In this document: positions 17,568 through 27,114 of the stretch, piece after piece
Position numbering within the stretch: the stretch's first letter is position 1
Layout: every line of letters starts with the position of its first letter
Source: Elusimicrobia bacterium ADurb.Bin231
GTDB lineage: Bacteria > Elusimicrobiota > UBA8919 > MWCF01
Assembly: GCA_002069855.1 (NCBI GenBank)
Contig: MWCF01000114.1
Coordinates: 1 to 63,845 of the forward strand
DNA: 63,845 bases
Direction of reading: 5' to 3'
Position numbers and translations under genes: made by a program
The notes under the pieces: generated by a model
The model's database searches: none
What the model saw: the letters and a program-made list of their open reading frames with translations, nothing else
What the model was told of the DNA's origin: nothing

Positions 17568-19089
17568 TTTTTATCGTGATTCTGTTTTTTTGATGTCTCT
17601 TTCAAACAAGATAAATATAATAGACGGAGTTAACGATTCTTCGGTGATGATGGGCACAGATGCCAACAAAAAGCTTCTGTCTGAAACAGGTTTCCTTACG
17701 AAAGAAGGAGAAAAGGCATCTTCCGGTGATATGCTGATATGTATAAATCATAAGGAAAATGCCGGCGTTAAGGAGATATTGTCAAAAATCGAGGAATTAC
17801 TGGATGCGCCTGTGGATCTGGGTGGTTCTTCAGCCGCCGAAATTAATATGCCCGAGGATGTCGATGCTGCGCTGGAGATTCAGCCTCTTTCCAATATCGC
17901 TGTTATTTCTCTGCCTGGCGGATATGTTGAATATCAAGCGAAAAAACTTTTGGCACGCGGAATAAATGTTATGATTTTTTCCGACAATGTGTCTGTGGAA
18001 ACGGAAATTAACCTTAAGAAAATCGGCGCTTCCAAAGAGCTTCTTGTTATGGGACCTGATTGCGGTACCGCGATAATAAACGGAGTATCTCTTGGTTTTG
18101 CCAATGTAATACGCAGGGGGAAAATAGGCATAGTCGGAGCAAGCGGCACAGGCATACAGGAAGTAACCACTATAATACATAAAAACGGCGAGGGAATAAC
18201 CCAGGCAATCGGTCTTGGCGGCAGGGATCTTTCCGTAGATGTCGGCGGAATAATGATGCTCGAAGGCATTAAAATGCTTCTTAAAGATGAAAATACTAAG
18301 GTTATATGCCTTATTTCCAAACCTCCGGCTTCGTCGGTTGAAAACAAGATAATCGAATTTTTGCGGAATTCAAAGAAGCCGTTTGTGGTAAATTTCCTTG
18401 GCAGGGCGCCGCAAAAAATAAAACTTAAAAATGTTTATTTTGAATCTACTTTGGAATCCGCTGCTCTTAAAGCAGTTTCAATAATTAAAAAAACAAATCT
18501 CTGCCGTACAGGTGTCTTGAACAAACAATTAAAAGAAATTGTCAAGAGAGAAAAATCGCTTTTTTCAAACCGGCAAAAATATGTCAGAGGACTTTTTTCC
18601 GGAGGGACATTATGCGACGAGGCTTTGTTTATACTTAAGAAATCCGTCTGCGAGTTGTATTCCAATATCGCGCATGATCCTGTTATGAAACTCAAAAACA
18701 GCAAAGTGTCTTATAAAAACTCTCTTATAGATCTTGGAGACGACGAATTTACCCGGGGCGTTCCCCATCCTATGATAGATTTTACGGTACGGAATAAACG
18801 GTTGATTCAAGAAGCGAAAGATCCGGAAACTGCCGTTATTTTGTTTGATATAGTTCTTGGGTACGGTTCTCATCCCGATCCGGCGTCGGCTATTCTTCCG
18901 TCTGTAGAGTCTGCCGGAAAATTGGCGAAAAAATCCGGCAGGCATATTTCTTTTGTAACTTCGATATGCGGCACGGAACAGGATCCCCAGAATCTGGAAA
19001 AACAGAAAAAAGATTTGGAAAACGCCGGTGTCATTGTGTTACCCTCCAATGCGTTATCGGCTAAATTTACGGAGGAAATATTGAACTAA
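17542..19089 (+). CDS. fdrA: FdrA family protein (acyl-CoA synthetase / succinyl-CoA-synthetase-alpha-like, AllF-like)
   Basis: 'FYRDSVFLMSLS...DSSVMMGTDANKKLL', 'VMGPDCGTAIINGV', 'GIVGASGTGIQE', 'GLGGRDLS' and 'GVPHPMID' closely parallel E. coli FdrA. Confidence 0.85.
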   Translation: MLSNLVKNNFYRDSVFLMSLSNKINIIDGVNDSSVMMGTDANKKLLSETGFLTKEGEKASSGDMLICINHKENAGVKEILSKIEELLDAPVDLGGSSAAEINMPEDVDAALEIQPLSNIAVISLPGGYVEYQAKKLLARGINVMIFSDNVSVETEINLKKIGASKELLVMGPDCGTAIINGVSLGFANVIRRGKIGIVGASGTGIQEVTTIIHKNGEGITQAIGLGGRDLSVDVGGIMMLEGIKMLLKDENTKVICLISKPPASSVENKIIEFLRNSKKPFVVNFLGRAPQKIKLKNVYFESTLESAALKAVSIIKKTNLCRTGVLNKQLKEIVKREKSLFSNRQKYVRGLFSGGTLCDEALFILKKSVCELYSNIAHDPVMKLKNSKVSYKNSLIDLGDDEFTRGVPHPMIDFTVRNKRLIQEAKDPETAVILFDIVLGYGSHPDPASAILPSVESAGKLAKKSGRHISFVTSICGTEQDPQNLEKQKKDLENAGVIVLPSNALSAKFTEEILN

Positions 19090-19090
19090 A

Positions 19091-20062
19091 ATGGAAAAAT
19101 TGGAAAAATTTCGATTTGCGTCTCACGCTGCGGTTTATAAAATAGTACCTGAAAAAAAGATAAAAAGGTTTGTTATTACGACTCCGCATACAAGGGTTTT
19201 ATTGAATAAACCCGAGATAATAGGTTTTGATTTCATAGAGCAGCTTAGAAACGGAGTCTATGAGATATTAAAAATTTTCGGCGAGTTTGAAAAATACGGC
19301 AGTAAAAATGTCGCTGTTGTTCATTTTTTGCGCGGAGGGCTTAATTTCGGGATTGTAAATATGCTGCATGCCGCTTACGGATTTAACAGAACATCTGCGT
19401 CTTTTATTACATCGCAAAGGTATAAAAAACAGGGCCACTGGTTTATAAAGGACGACCAATATAGAAAATTTTCTCTGCCTGAAGACGCGAATGTGTTTAT
19501 CGGAGACGTGATAGCTACAGGCACTACTCTTGACAACGGACTTGAAATACTCAGGAAACAGGCGATTAGCGAAGGAAAAAATATTAAACGTCTTATTATG
19601 TTTGCAGTCGCTTGCGCGCGCGCCGAGGAAATATTAAGTAAGTATCACGCTCTTTTCAAAAAGAATTTTGATTACATTGAAACAATATTGGTATATTTTG
19701 AAGGCAGGTTTGTGGTTCCTAATACAAAGGATGCTTTCCATATCTGCATTCCTGGCACGGATCTTGTTAAACGTGACGCGCTTCTTGCTCCGGAATTTAT
19801 CAAGTCGCAAAGTGACAAATTGACTTATCCGTTGGAAAGATGCGCGGTGTACGACGTGGGCGCCCGTGCTTATGAATATGCGGTTCATATAGACGATGTT
19901 ATAAATTATTGGAAAAAATTGTCCCAGTCTGGAATGACTCTTGCGGAGGCGTACAGGGAAAGATGGCCGTTGGGCCCTAAAATCAAAGGGACAAATACCG
20001 CTTTGAAAAAACTTTGCAACACAAGAATAAATTTTTTGAGAGGTCTAAAAAATGGCAAATAA
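19091..20062 (+). CDS. phosphoribosyltransferase-like protein (uracil-PRTase-type fold)
   Basis: 'VAVVHFLRGGLNFG' is like the UPRT 'ilRAG' region. 'VFIGDVIATGTTLDNG' is a PRPP-binding-loop-like motif. Confidence 0.5.
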   Translation: MEKLEKFRFASHAAVYKIVPEKKIKRFVITTPHTRVLLNKPEIIGFDFIEQLRNGVYEILKIFGEFEKYGSKNVAVVHFLRGGLNFGIVNMLHAAYGFNRTSASFITSQRYKKQGHWFIKDDQYRKFSLPEDANVFIGDVIATGTTLDNGLEILRKQAISEGKNIKRLIMFAVACARAEEILSKYHALFKKNFDYIETILVYFEGRFVVPNTKDAFHICIPGTDLVKRDALLAPEFIKSQSDKLTYPLERCAVYDVGARAYEYAVHIDDVINYWKKLSQSGMTLAEAYRERWPLGPKIKGTNTALKKLCNTRINFLRGLKNGK

Positions 20063-21464
20063 ACTTTTTTCGCAAAAATTAAAAGTTGTTAATCTCGGTC
20101 TTCAGTCGTTTGCAGACACTGTGAAAAGTTGCGGTGCGGATGTGGTGCATGTTAATTTCAAGCCGCCTGCTTCCGGCGATGAAAAAATTATTTCCGCTTT
20201 AACTTTGCTGTCGAATCCGTCGGTTGAAGAAGCAAATAAAAAGGCCTTTGAAAAGATTGTTTCAGCGCAGCCCGTGCTTGTGGATATACTGCCAGCGGGC
20301 AAGGTGGTGCCAGGCATGACAAAGGGCACAGTGCTTCATGCTGGACCTCCTGTAACATGGGATAGAATGTGCGGCCCCGTAAGAGGCGCTATAACAGGCG
20401 CGCTGATTTATGAAGGTCTTGCAAAGGATAATAAATCCGCTGAAAAACTGGCTGCGTCAGGGAAAATACGTTTTGCTCCGTGTCACCATCATTCTTCGGT
20501 AGGTCCTATGGCTGGAATACTTTCTTATTCTATGTATGTTTTTGTGATAAAAAATGAAACTTCTGGCAATTACGCGTACTGTTCTATGAACGAAGGATTG
20601 GGGAAGGTATTAAGATTCGGCGCAAATTCCGCGGATGTAATACAACGTCTCAAATGGATGCAAAACATTCTCGGGCCGGCGCTCGGCAAAGGCGTAAGGA
20701 AATCCGGAGGCATAAATATAAAAAACATTACTGCTCAGGCCTTGATGATGGGCGACGAATGCCATAATAGAAATGTGGCCGCAACCAATCTTTTTATAAA
20801 GGAAATGATTCCGCATCTTCTCACATCTGGTTTAAAGGCATCAATTGTAAAAGATATTATAACTTTCATATCAGGTAATCCGCATTTCTATTTAAACATT
20901 TCGATGGCTTCCTGCAAGGCCACATGCGACACAATAGCGGGCATAAAAAATTCCACAGTTGTTTATACAATGGCGCGCAACGGAACTGATATAGGGATAC
21001 GCGTGGCCGGTATGCCGGATGTCTGGTTTACCGCTCCGTCAGGAAATCCCAAAGGACTTTATTTTTCGGGATTTTCCGAAAAGGACGCGAATCCTGATCT
21101 CGGAGATTCGACGATTTCCGAAACAGCCGGAATAGGAGCGAACGCCATGGCAGCAGCGCCGGCTATAGTTAAATTTGTCGGCGGATCCCCGATTGACAGT
21201 ATCAATTACACTAAAAAGATGTACAAGATCACAGTCGGGCGACATTCTTCTTTTCAAATACCCCAACTGGATTTCGCAGGCTCGCCTGTATGTTTTGATA
21301 TAAGAAAAATTATGGAAAAGGGCATTACACCGGTTATAAATACTGGCATAGCCCATAAACTTCCAGGTGTGGGACAGGTCGGCGCCGGCATACTTGACGC
21401 TCCGATAAAATGTTTTAGAGACGCAGTCTTAAAATTTGCCGAAATTTTTGGCGGCCGAAAATGA
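20052..21464 (+). CDS. DUF1116 protein (AllG / YlbE-like)
   Basis: Size and position next to FdrA and DUF2877. 'LKVVNLGLQSFAD' N-terminus, 'CHHHSSVGPMAGI' and 'ETAGIGANAMAAAPA'. Confidence 0.7.
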   Translation: MANKLFSQKLKVVNLGLQSFADTVKSCGADVVHVNFKPPASGDEKIISALTLLSNPSVEEANKKAFEKIVSAQPVLVDILPAGKVVPGMTKGTVLHAGPPVTWDRMCGPVRGAITGALIYEGLAKDNKSAEKLAASGKIRFAPCHHHSSVGPMAGILSYSMYVFVIKNETSGNYAYCSMNEGLGKVLRFGANSADVIQRLKWMQNILGPALGKGVRKSGGINIKNITAQALMMGDECHNRNVAATNLFIKEMIPHLLTSGLKASIVKDIITFISGNPHFYLNISMASCKATCDTIAGIKNSTVVYTMARNGTDIGIRVAGMPDVWFTAPSGNPKGLYFSGFSEKDANPDLGDSTISETAGIGANAMAAAPAIVKFVGGSPIDSINYTKKMYKITVGRHSSFQIPQLDFAGSPVCFDIRKIMEKGITPVINTGIAHKLPGVGQVGAGILDAPIKCFRDAVLKFAEIFGGRK

Positions 21465-21652
21465 AAAAATTGTATCGTTCCTCATCCGATAAAAAGATAG
21501 CAGGCATTTGCGGCGGTTTAGGAGAAATGTTTCAGGTGGATCCCACTTTTATCCGTCTCGCCTTTGTCTTTTTTGCGGTCATAACCGGAATATTCCCTTG
21601 TTTGGCTGTTTACGCGGCAGGTTGGTTGATAATACCTGTCCGGGGTAAATAA
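21461..21652 (+). CDS. PspC domain-containing small membrane protein
   Basis: 'LYRSSSDKKIAGICGGLGEMFQVDPTFIRLAFV' is the canonical PspC N-terminal domain. Confidence 0.75.
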   Translation: MKKLYRSSSDKKIAGICGGLGEMFQVDPTFIRLAFVFFAVITGIFPCLAVYAAGWLIIPVRGK

Positions 21653-21658
21653 TCGCGT

Positions 21659-22492
21659 ATGAAACCGAAACCGGAATGTTATGACTGTATGAGACGTCAG
21701 GCCGTAAGATCACTTGGGTTGATTTCTCGCGACCGGAATTTACTTGAAAAGGTGAAGTCTGAAACGGAAAAAATAATAGCAGGATCAGATATTAATGGAA
21801 ATCCCCCGCTGATAGCCAGTGATATATTTTTATATGTCAATAAAATAACAGGGAACTCAGATCCGTATCTGGAGTTAAAAAAGAAATATAATCGTATAGT
21901 CAAAGATGTCTTGCGAAACATGGCAATAAAGGATATATTTTCAGCATTTAAATATGCGATAAACGGAAATATTATTGATTTCGGGATGCAGGACAAAGTG
22001 GCGTTTAATGCGGATGAGAATGTATCTCTTACAATCGATGATTCCGTGTCTCTTGTGGAGCGAATTTGTCAAGCAGACAGTATTCTTTATCTGTGCGATA
22101 ATGCGGGAGAAATCGGTTTTGACGCCTCTGTAATCAGTAAAATAAAAGAGTTGAACCCACGCGCGAAATTGACAGCCAGCGTAAAAGCAGGACCTGTTAT
22201 AAATGATGCCTTATTGGAAGACGCTTTATATTTTGGCATGGATAAAATGTGCGATATAATAGCGCCAGCACCGCTTTATGTGGGCACTCAAATCGATCGT
22301 TTGGATGCCGGGTTTGGAAAATTGTTTAATGATTCAGATGTCATAATATCCAAAGGTCAGGCGAACTGGGAATCTCTTGAAGGCATCAGGCATAAAGGAT
22401 TATTTTTTCTGCTGAGGGCGAAATGCAAAGTGGTAGCGTTATCTTTGGATGTTCCTCTCGGCAGCGCCGTGCTTACAAAAGGAAAAGAATGA
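21659..22492 (+). CDS. DUF89 / ARMT1-like damage-control phosphatase family protein
   Basis: 'PECYDCMRRQ', 'CDNAGEIGFD' and 'SKGQANWESL' motifs. Confidence 0.75.
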   Translation: MKPKPECYDCMRRQAVRSLGLISRDRNLLEKVKSETEKIIAGSDINGNPPLIASDIFLYVNKITGNSDPYLELKKKYNRIVKDVLRNMAIKDIFSAFKYAINGNIIDFGMQDKVAFNADENVSLTIDDSVSLVERICQADSILYLCDNAGEIGFDASVISKIKELNPRAKLTASVKAGPVINDALLEDALYFGMDKMCDIIAPAPLYVGTQIDRLDAGFGKLFNDSDVIISKGQANWESLEGIRHKGLFFLLRAKCKVVALSLDVPLGSAVLTKGKE

Positions 22493-24636
22493 ATACATTT
22501 GAAGGATGTCTTAATCATGAGCAGCTTGAGGCAGTCAATTGCCTTAATGGTCCGTTACTTATACTTGCCGGCGCCGGCAGCGGGAAAACCCGTGTTATAG
22601 TGTACAGGATAGCAAATCTTATAGCAAACAAAATCAATCCGTGGAATATTTTAGCTATGACTTTTACCAACAAGGCTGCCTGTCAGATGAGAGAGCGCAT
22701 TTCTAATCTTGTTGATCCGCGATTGGCAGGGGATGTATGGATCTCCACGTATCACTCTTTCGGGGCGAGGATTTTAAGGGCGGAGCACGTAGCTGCCGGA
22801 CTTAAAAGAGATTTTAATATATTCGACGATTCAGATTCGAAAAAACTTGTTGAAATATGTCTCAAAGAAATGAATCTGGATTCCGACCGGTACAAACCGT
22901 CTGTTATGTGCGATATGATTTCAATTGCCAAGGATAAACTGCTTGACCCTGAATCGTATTCTCTCCATGCCGCCGCGAGTCCCGAATCAAGCCGCAGAGT
23001 GGCTGCGGAAGTTTACGAACTGTATCAGGAAAAACTTAAATCCATGGGGGGAGTTGATTTCGGGGATATATTGAGATATACAGTTGATCTGTTCAAGAAT
23101 AATCCTGATGTCCTGGAAAAATATCGCGAAAGATTTCGGTATATTTTGATAGACGAGTACCAGGATACAAACTATGCGCAGTATGTGCTTACAAAACTTC
23201 TTGCTGCTAAATACAAAAATATATGCGTTGTGGGAGACGATGATCAGTCGATTTATTCTTGGCGCGGCGCCGACATAAGAAATATATTGGAATTTGAAAG
23301 AGATTATCCTGAAACGCGCGTGGTGTATCTTGAACAAAATTACAGATCCACAAAAAATATTTTGGATACTGCGCAAAAACTTATACATTATAATCATCAC
23401 AGAAAACCTAAAGATCTAAAGGCAGTAAAACCTGCCGGCGACAAAATAGAATACGTGGAGTTCCAGAATGAATTTGCCGAAGCTTCCGGCGTTGCCGACA
23501 GAATAATTTCAGGAGTGCGGCATTATAACAGGAAATATTCGGATTTTGCGATTTTTTACAGAACTAACGCGCAGTCGCGAATATTTGAGGAAAATTTTGT
23601 AAGGGCAGGTATTCCTTACGTCGTTGTCGGCGGTTGTAAATTCTACGACAGGGCAGAAGTGCGCGATATACTTGCCTATTTGCGGCTGATAAATAATCCG
23701 TCTGATGATGTAAGTTTCAGAAGAATTATAAATATGCCCCCCAGGGGAATAGGGAAAAGCACAGCCGCAATAATAATAAACAAAGCCCATGAAATGCGTA
23801 TTCCCTTATTTGAGGCCTTGAAAGTTCTTTCAACTGAAGGAACTGTCAAAAAAGCGGAAAATTTTCTAAAGAGTATAAGCGGTTTGCACGCTGAAAAAGA
23901 TAATATGGACGCATCGGAAATCGTTAAAATAATAATAGAAGAAAGCGGTTATATGGAATACCTTGAAGGGCATAAAGACATAGAATCCCAATCGCGAATG
24001 GACAATGTAAAGGAATTGGTATCCGCGGTTGTGGATTTTGAGCAGCACATAGGCAATAAAACTCTTGCGGCATTTCTTGAAAATATTTCTCTTGTGTCCG
24101 ATATAGATTCTTTTGACGAAAAAAAGGATTATGTCACTCTTATTACTTTGCATCTCGCTAAAGGGTTGGAATTTCCGTGCGTTTTTATTACGGGTATGGA
24201 GGAAGGTTTGTTCCCTCTAACCGATTCTTCCATGTCTCTTGAAGAGCGCGAAGAAGAACGCCGTCTTTGTTATGTCGGCATTACCCGCGCTAAAGAAGAA
24301 CTTTTTTTGTCCGGCGCCTCATGCCGCCGTATATACGGGCAGATGAGATACTGCATCCCTTCAGTTTTTTTGAAAGAGATGGAGATTTGCAAGTTGCTTT
24401 CCGATGTGGGAATGACGGACAGGGATATAGTGTCTATGCCGAGGGGCCTTGAGTTTTCCGGAATTAATTCTTCTTCGCCGTACACCAGAGGTAAAATGAT
24501 AAAGCATCCCGACTTCGGGCTTGGAAAGATAATAGATGTCAGCGGTACCGGAGACGATGTAAAAGTTATAGTCAAGTTCGATTCCGGGTTTTGGAAAAAA
24601 CTCATGGTAAAATACGCTAAATTAGAGGTGATTTAA
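22489..24636 (+). CDS. pcrA: ATP-dependent DNA helicase PcrA/UvrD
   Basis: 'AGAGSGKT', 'IDEYQDTN', 'VVGDDDQSIYSWRGA', 'NYRST', 'TLHLAKGLEF' and 'CYVGITRAKE'. ATG 22489 overlaps the DUF89 stop (ATGA); the ORF track starts at 22423. Confidence 0.9.
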   Translation: MNTFEGCLNHEQLEAVNCLNGPLLILAGAGSGKTRVIVYRIANLIANKINPWNILAMTFTNKAACQMRERISNLVDPRLAGDVWISTYHSFGARILRAEHVAAGLKRDFNIFDDSDSKKLVEICLKEMNLDSDRYKPSVMCDMISIAKDKLLDPESYSLHAAASPESSRRVAAEVYELYQEKLKSMGGVDFGDILRYTVDLFKNNPDVLEKYRERFRYILIDEYQDTNYAQYVLTKLLAAKYKNICVVGDDDQSIYSWRGADIRNILEFERDYPETRVVYLEQNYRSTKNILDTAQKLIHYNHHRKPKDLKAVKPAGDKIEYVEFQNEFAEASGVADRIISGVRHYNRKYSDFAIFYRTNAQSRIFEENFVRAGIPYVVVGGCKFYDRAEVRDILAYLRLINNPSDDVSFRRIINMPPRGIGKSTAAIIINKAHEMRIPLFEALKVLSTEGTVKKAENFLKSISGLHAEKDNMDASEIVKIIIEESGYMEYLEGHKDIESQSRMDNVKELVSAVVDFEQHIGNKTLAAFLENISLVSDIDSFDEKKDYVTLITLHLAKGLEFPCVFITGMEEGLFPLTDSSMSLEEREEERRLCYVGITRAKEELFLSGASCRRIYGQMRYCIPSVFLKEMEICKLLSDVGMTDRDIVSMPRGLEFSGINSSSPYTRGKMIKHPDFGLGKIIDVSGTGDDVKVIVKFDSGFWKKLMVKYAKLEVI

Positions 24637-24639
24637 GTT

Positions 24640-24927
24640 ATGAAAATATCTGTAAAAGAAGTGGAATATGCGGCGCAGCTCGCTAAACTATCGTTAACGG
24701 AAGAAGAAAAACGTAAATACGCGGAACAATTGGATAAGATACTGGGTTATATGGAACAGCTGGACAGAGCGGATGTTTCCGGAGTCAGGCCTCTTTCTCA
24801 CGCTGCGGATTTAAAAAATGTTTTTAGAGAAGACGTGTCTATGCCGTCGGAATCAGCTGATGAAATAATCAAAAACGCGCCGGACAAAGAGGGAAGATTT
24901 TTCAAGGTAAAAAAAGTAATAGAATAA
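24640..24927 (+). CDS. gatC: Asp/Glu-tRNA(Asn/Gln) amidotransferase subunit C
   Basis: 'VEYAAQLAKLSLTEEEKRKYAEQLDKILGYMEQL' is typical GatC, and it sits immediately upstream of gatA. Confidence 0.85.
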   Translation: MKISVKEVEYAAQLAKLSLTEEEKRKYAEQLDKILGYMEQLDRADVSGVRPLSHAADLKNVFREDVSMPSESADEIIKNAPDKEGRFFKVKKVIE

Positions 24928-24964
24928 TGCAATAATTTTAAAATCTGCAAAGAGGAAATATATT

Positions 24965-26419
24965 ATGGAAATATGCGATTTGACAGGTAAAGAAATAGTT
25001 CAAAAAATAAAAAAGAAAGAATTGTCCGCGTCTGAAACCGTTAGGCATTATCTCGCGCGAATTGAAAAGATAGAGCCCTCTATTGCAGCGTTTAACGAAA
25101 TTTTTGCGGATGACGCTGCTGCCCGTGCTGAACTGCTCGATGCGAGAATAAACCGTGGAGAAGAAACAGGCCTGCTCGCGGGTTTGCCCATAGCGATAAA
25201 AGATAATATCTGCATTAATGGCCGAAAAACAACCTGTTCTTCCAGAATTCTTGCTGATTATGTCTCTCCGTATGACGCCACAGTCATAGAAAAACTGCTT
25301 ACTGCGGGCGCAGTTATAGTAGGGAAGACGAATATGGATGAATTTGCTATGGGTTCTTCGACGGAAAATTCCGCGTTCCATATCACAAAAAATCCGTGGG
25401 ATACAAGCAGAGTGCCAGGCGGTTCCTCCGGCGGAAGCGCTGCAGCAGTATCTTCAAGAATGGTTCCGGTATCGCTTGGTTCAGACACTGGCGGTTCAAT
25501 ACGTCAGCCTGCTTCTTTTTGCGGAATTTGCGGTTTAAAACCCACATACGGCAGAGTTTCAAGATATGGGTTAATGGCATTTGCTTCCTCTTTGGACCAG
25601 ATAGGTCCTTTTGCGTATAATGCCGAGGATGTCGCGCTTGTGTTAGAATCAATTTCAGGTCATGATCCCAAGGACTCCACGTCGGTTAATATTTCTGCGG
25701 AAGGCATGGGCGAAGGAATGGAAAAAAGCATAAAAGGGTTGCGAGTCGGATTACCAAAAGAATACTTTATATCCGGTTTGGAACCTGCAACAGAAAAATA
25801 TATAAGGTCGGCTATTGAAACATTTAAGGATTTAGGCGCTGAGATACATGAGATAACATTGCCCAATACCGAATACGCCGTCAGCGTATATTATATCGTG
25901 GCTCCTTCCGAAGCGTCTGCGAATCTTGCCAGATACGACGGCGTTAAGTACGGCTACAGAAGCGATTCTGACAACCTTGCGGATATGTATGAAAAAACGC
26001 GGTCTAACGGATTTGGAAATGAGGTAAAAAGGCGAATTATGCTCGGCACATACGCTCTTTCAAGCGGATACTATGACGCATATTACCTCAAAGCGCAAAA
26101 AGTCCGGGCATTGATAAAAAATGATTTTGACAGGGCATTTGCCGAAGTGGATGTAATACTTACGCCTACCTGTCCGAGTTCCGCGTTCAAGGCAGGAGAA
26201 AAAACAGACGATCCGCTTCAGATGTATCTTTCCGATATTTTTACAATCTCCTGCAATCTTGCCGGTATATGCGGGATAAGTATTCCGTGCGGGTTTTCCG
26301 AATCTAATCTGCCTGTGGGCTTACAGCTGCTGGGCAAGCCGTTTGATGAAAAAACAGTTCTGCGGGCAGTATATAATTTTCAGTCTGTTACGGATTTTCA
26401 CAGAAAAAAACCTTTGTAA
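24965..26419 (+). CDS. gatA: Asp/Glu-tRNA(Asn/Gln) amidotransferase subunit A
   Basis: Amidase signature 'GGSSGGSAAAV...GSDTGGSIRQPA', 'PIAIKDNI' and 'GLPVGLQLLG'. Confidence 0.95.
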   Translation: MEICDLTGKEIVQKIKKKELSASETVRHYLARIEKIEPSIAAFNEIFADDAAARAELLDARINRGEETGLLAGLPIAIKDNICINGRKTTCSSRILADYVSPYDATVIEKLLTAGAVIVGKTNMDEFAMGSSTENSAFHITKNPWDTSRVPGGSSGGSAAAVSSRMVPVSLGSDTGGSIRQPASFCGICGLKPTYGRVSRYGLMAFASSLDQIGPFAYNAEDVALVLESISGHDPKDSTSVNISAEGMGEGMEKSIKGLRVGLPKEYFISGLEPATEKYIRSAIETFKDLGAEIHEITLPNTEYAVSVYYIVAPSEASANLARYDGVKYGYRSDSDNLADMYEKTRSNGFGNEVKRRIMLGTYALSSGYYDAYYLKAQKVRALIKNDFDRAFAEVDVILTPTCPSSAFKAGEKTDDPLQMYLSDIFTISCNLAGICGISIPCGFSESNLPVGLQLLGKPFDEKTVLRAVYNFQSVTDFHRKKPL

Positions 26420-26569
26420 AGATACATCTGCAGGTATTCAAATACGCAAGGTGGTAAAATCATTTTTTCAAGTTCACAGCTAAAATGTTTTTAATAGTTT
26501 AATAAATGTAAAATAATCCGTAGAACTGTTTGTTTTGGAATCGCAGAACCGAATCCGGAGGAATAGAAT

Positions 26570-26791
26570 ATGAAAAAGAAAGTTGAAGAAGTATTGAAAA
26601 AGATAAGGCCGTATCTTCAAGCTGATGGCGGAGACATAGAGCTTGTCGAAGTTACTGAGGATGGAGCAGTCAAAGTCAGGCTTCTTATGGCATGTGCTGG
26701 TTGCCCGATGGCATCTATCACGTTTCAAAGCGTAGTGGAAAAAACGCTTAGGGATGAGGTGCCTGGAATAAAATCAGTGGAACTTGTTTAG
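26570..26791 (+). CDS. NifU-like Fe-S cluster assembly domain protein
   Basis: 'VLKKIRPYLQADGGDIELVEV' and 'CAGCPMASITF' (CxxC) match the NifU C-terminal domain. Confidence 0.8.
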   Translation: MKKKVEEVLKKIRPYLQADGGDIELVEVTEDGAVKVRLLMACAGCPMASITFQSVVEKTLRDEVPGIKSVELV

Positions 26792-27048
26792 TAAAGTCTG
26801 TTTCTAAAAATACTAATTGTTTTCAGCGCGGGTTTAATGGATGTAAGATATTCATGGCAATAATTTATCCCCGCCCGGTATGACGAATAAAAAAGTAAGA
26901 TGCTTCTTTAAAACATCCGGCATAAGAAAAAACTGCTATTATTCTGGACGGAACATAGCCAAGTGAAGAATCTCGTTGTGCCGTCGTCGCAGTTTTTAGG
27001 CAGGCCAGATATATATATGACTAAGATACTTCTTCTTTTCCACTTGTC

Positions 27049-27077
27049 TTGACAAACCGCGGTAAATCTAATAAAAT
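27049..27077 (+). promoter_or_regulatory. sigma70-like promoter upstream of htpX
   Basis: TTGACA (27049-27054), 17 nt spacer, TAAAAT (27072-27077), 37 nt before ATG 27115. Confidence 0.45.
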
Positions 27078-27114
27078 AGTAAAATAAATAAATATGAGGA
27101 GGAGGTTTTATTTT

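Noticed and set aside
26792-27048. The 300-nt non-coding region upstream of htpX, and a similar one at 40899-41193, considered as possible riboswitches or sRNAs.
   Set aside because: I could not find convincing stems, known riboswitch cores or conserved motifs by eye. They may simply be promoter or spacer DNA or decayed genes. They are left unannotated.
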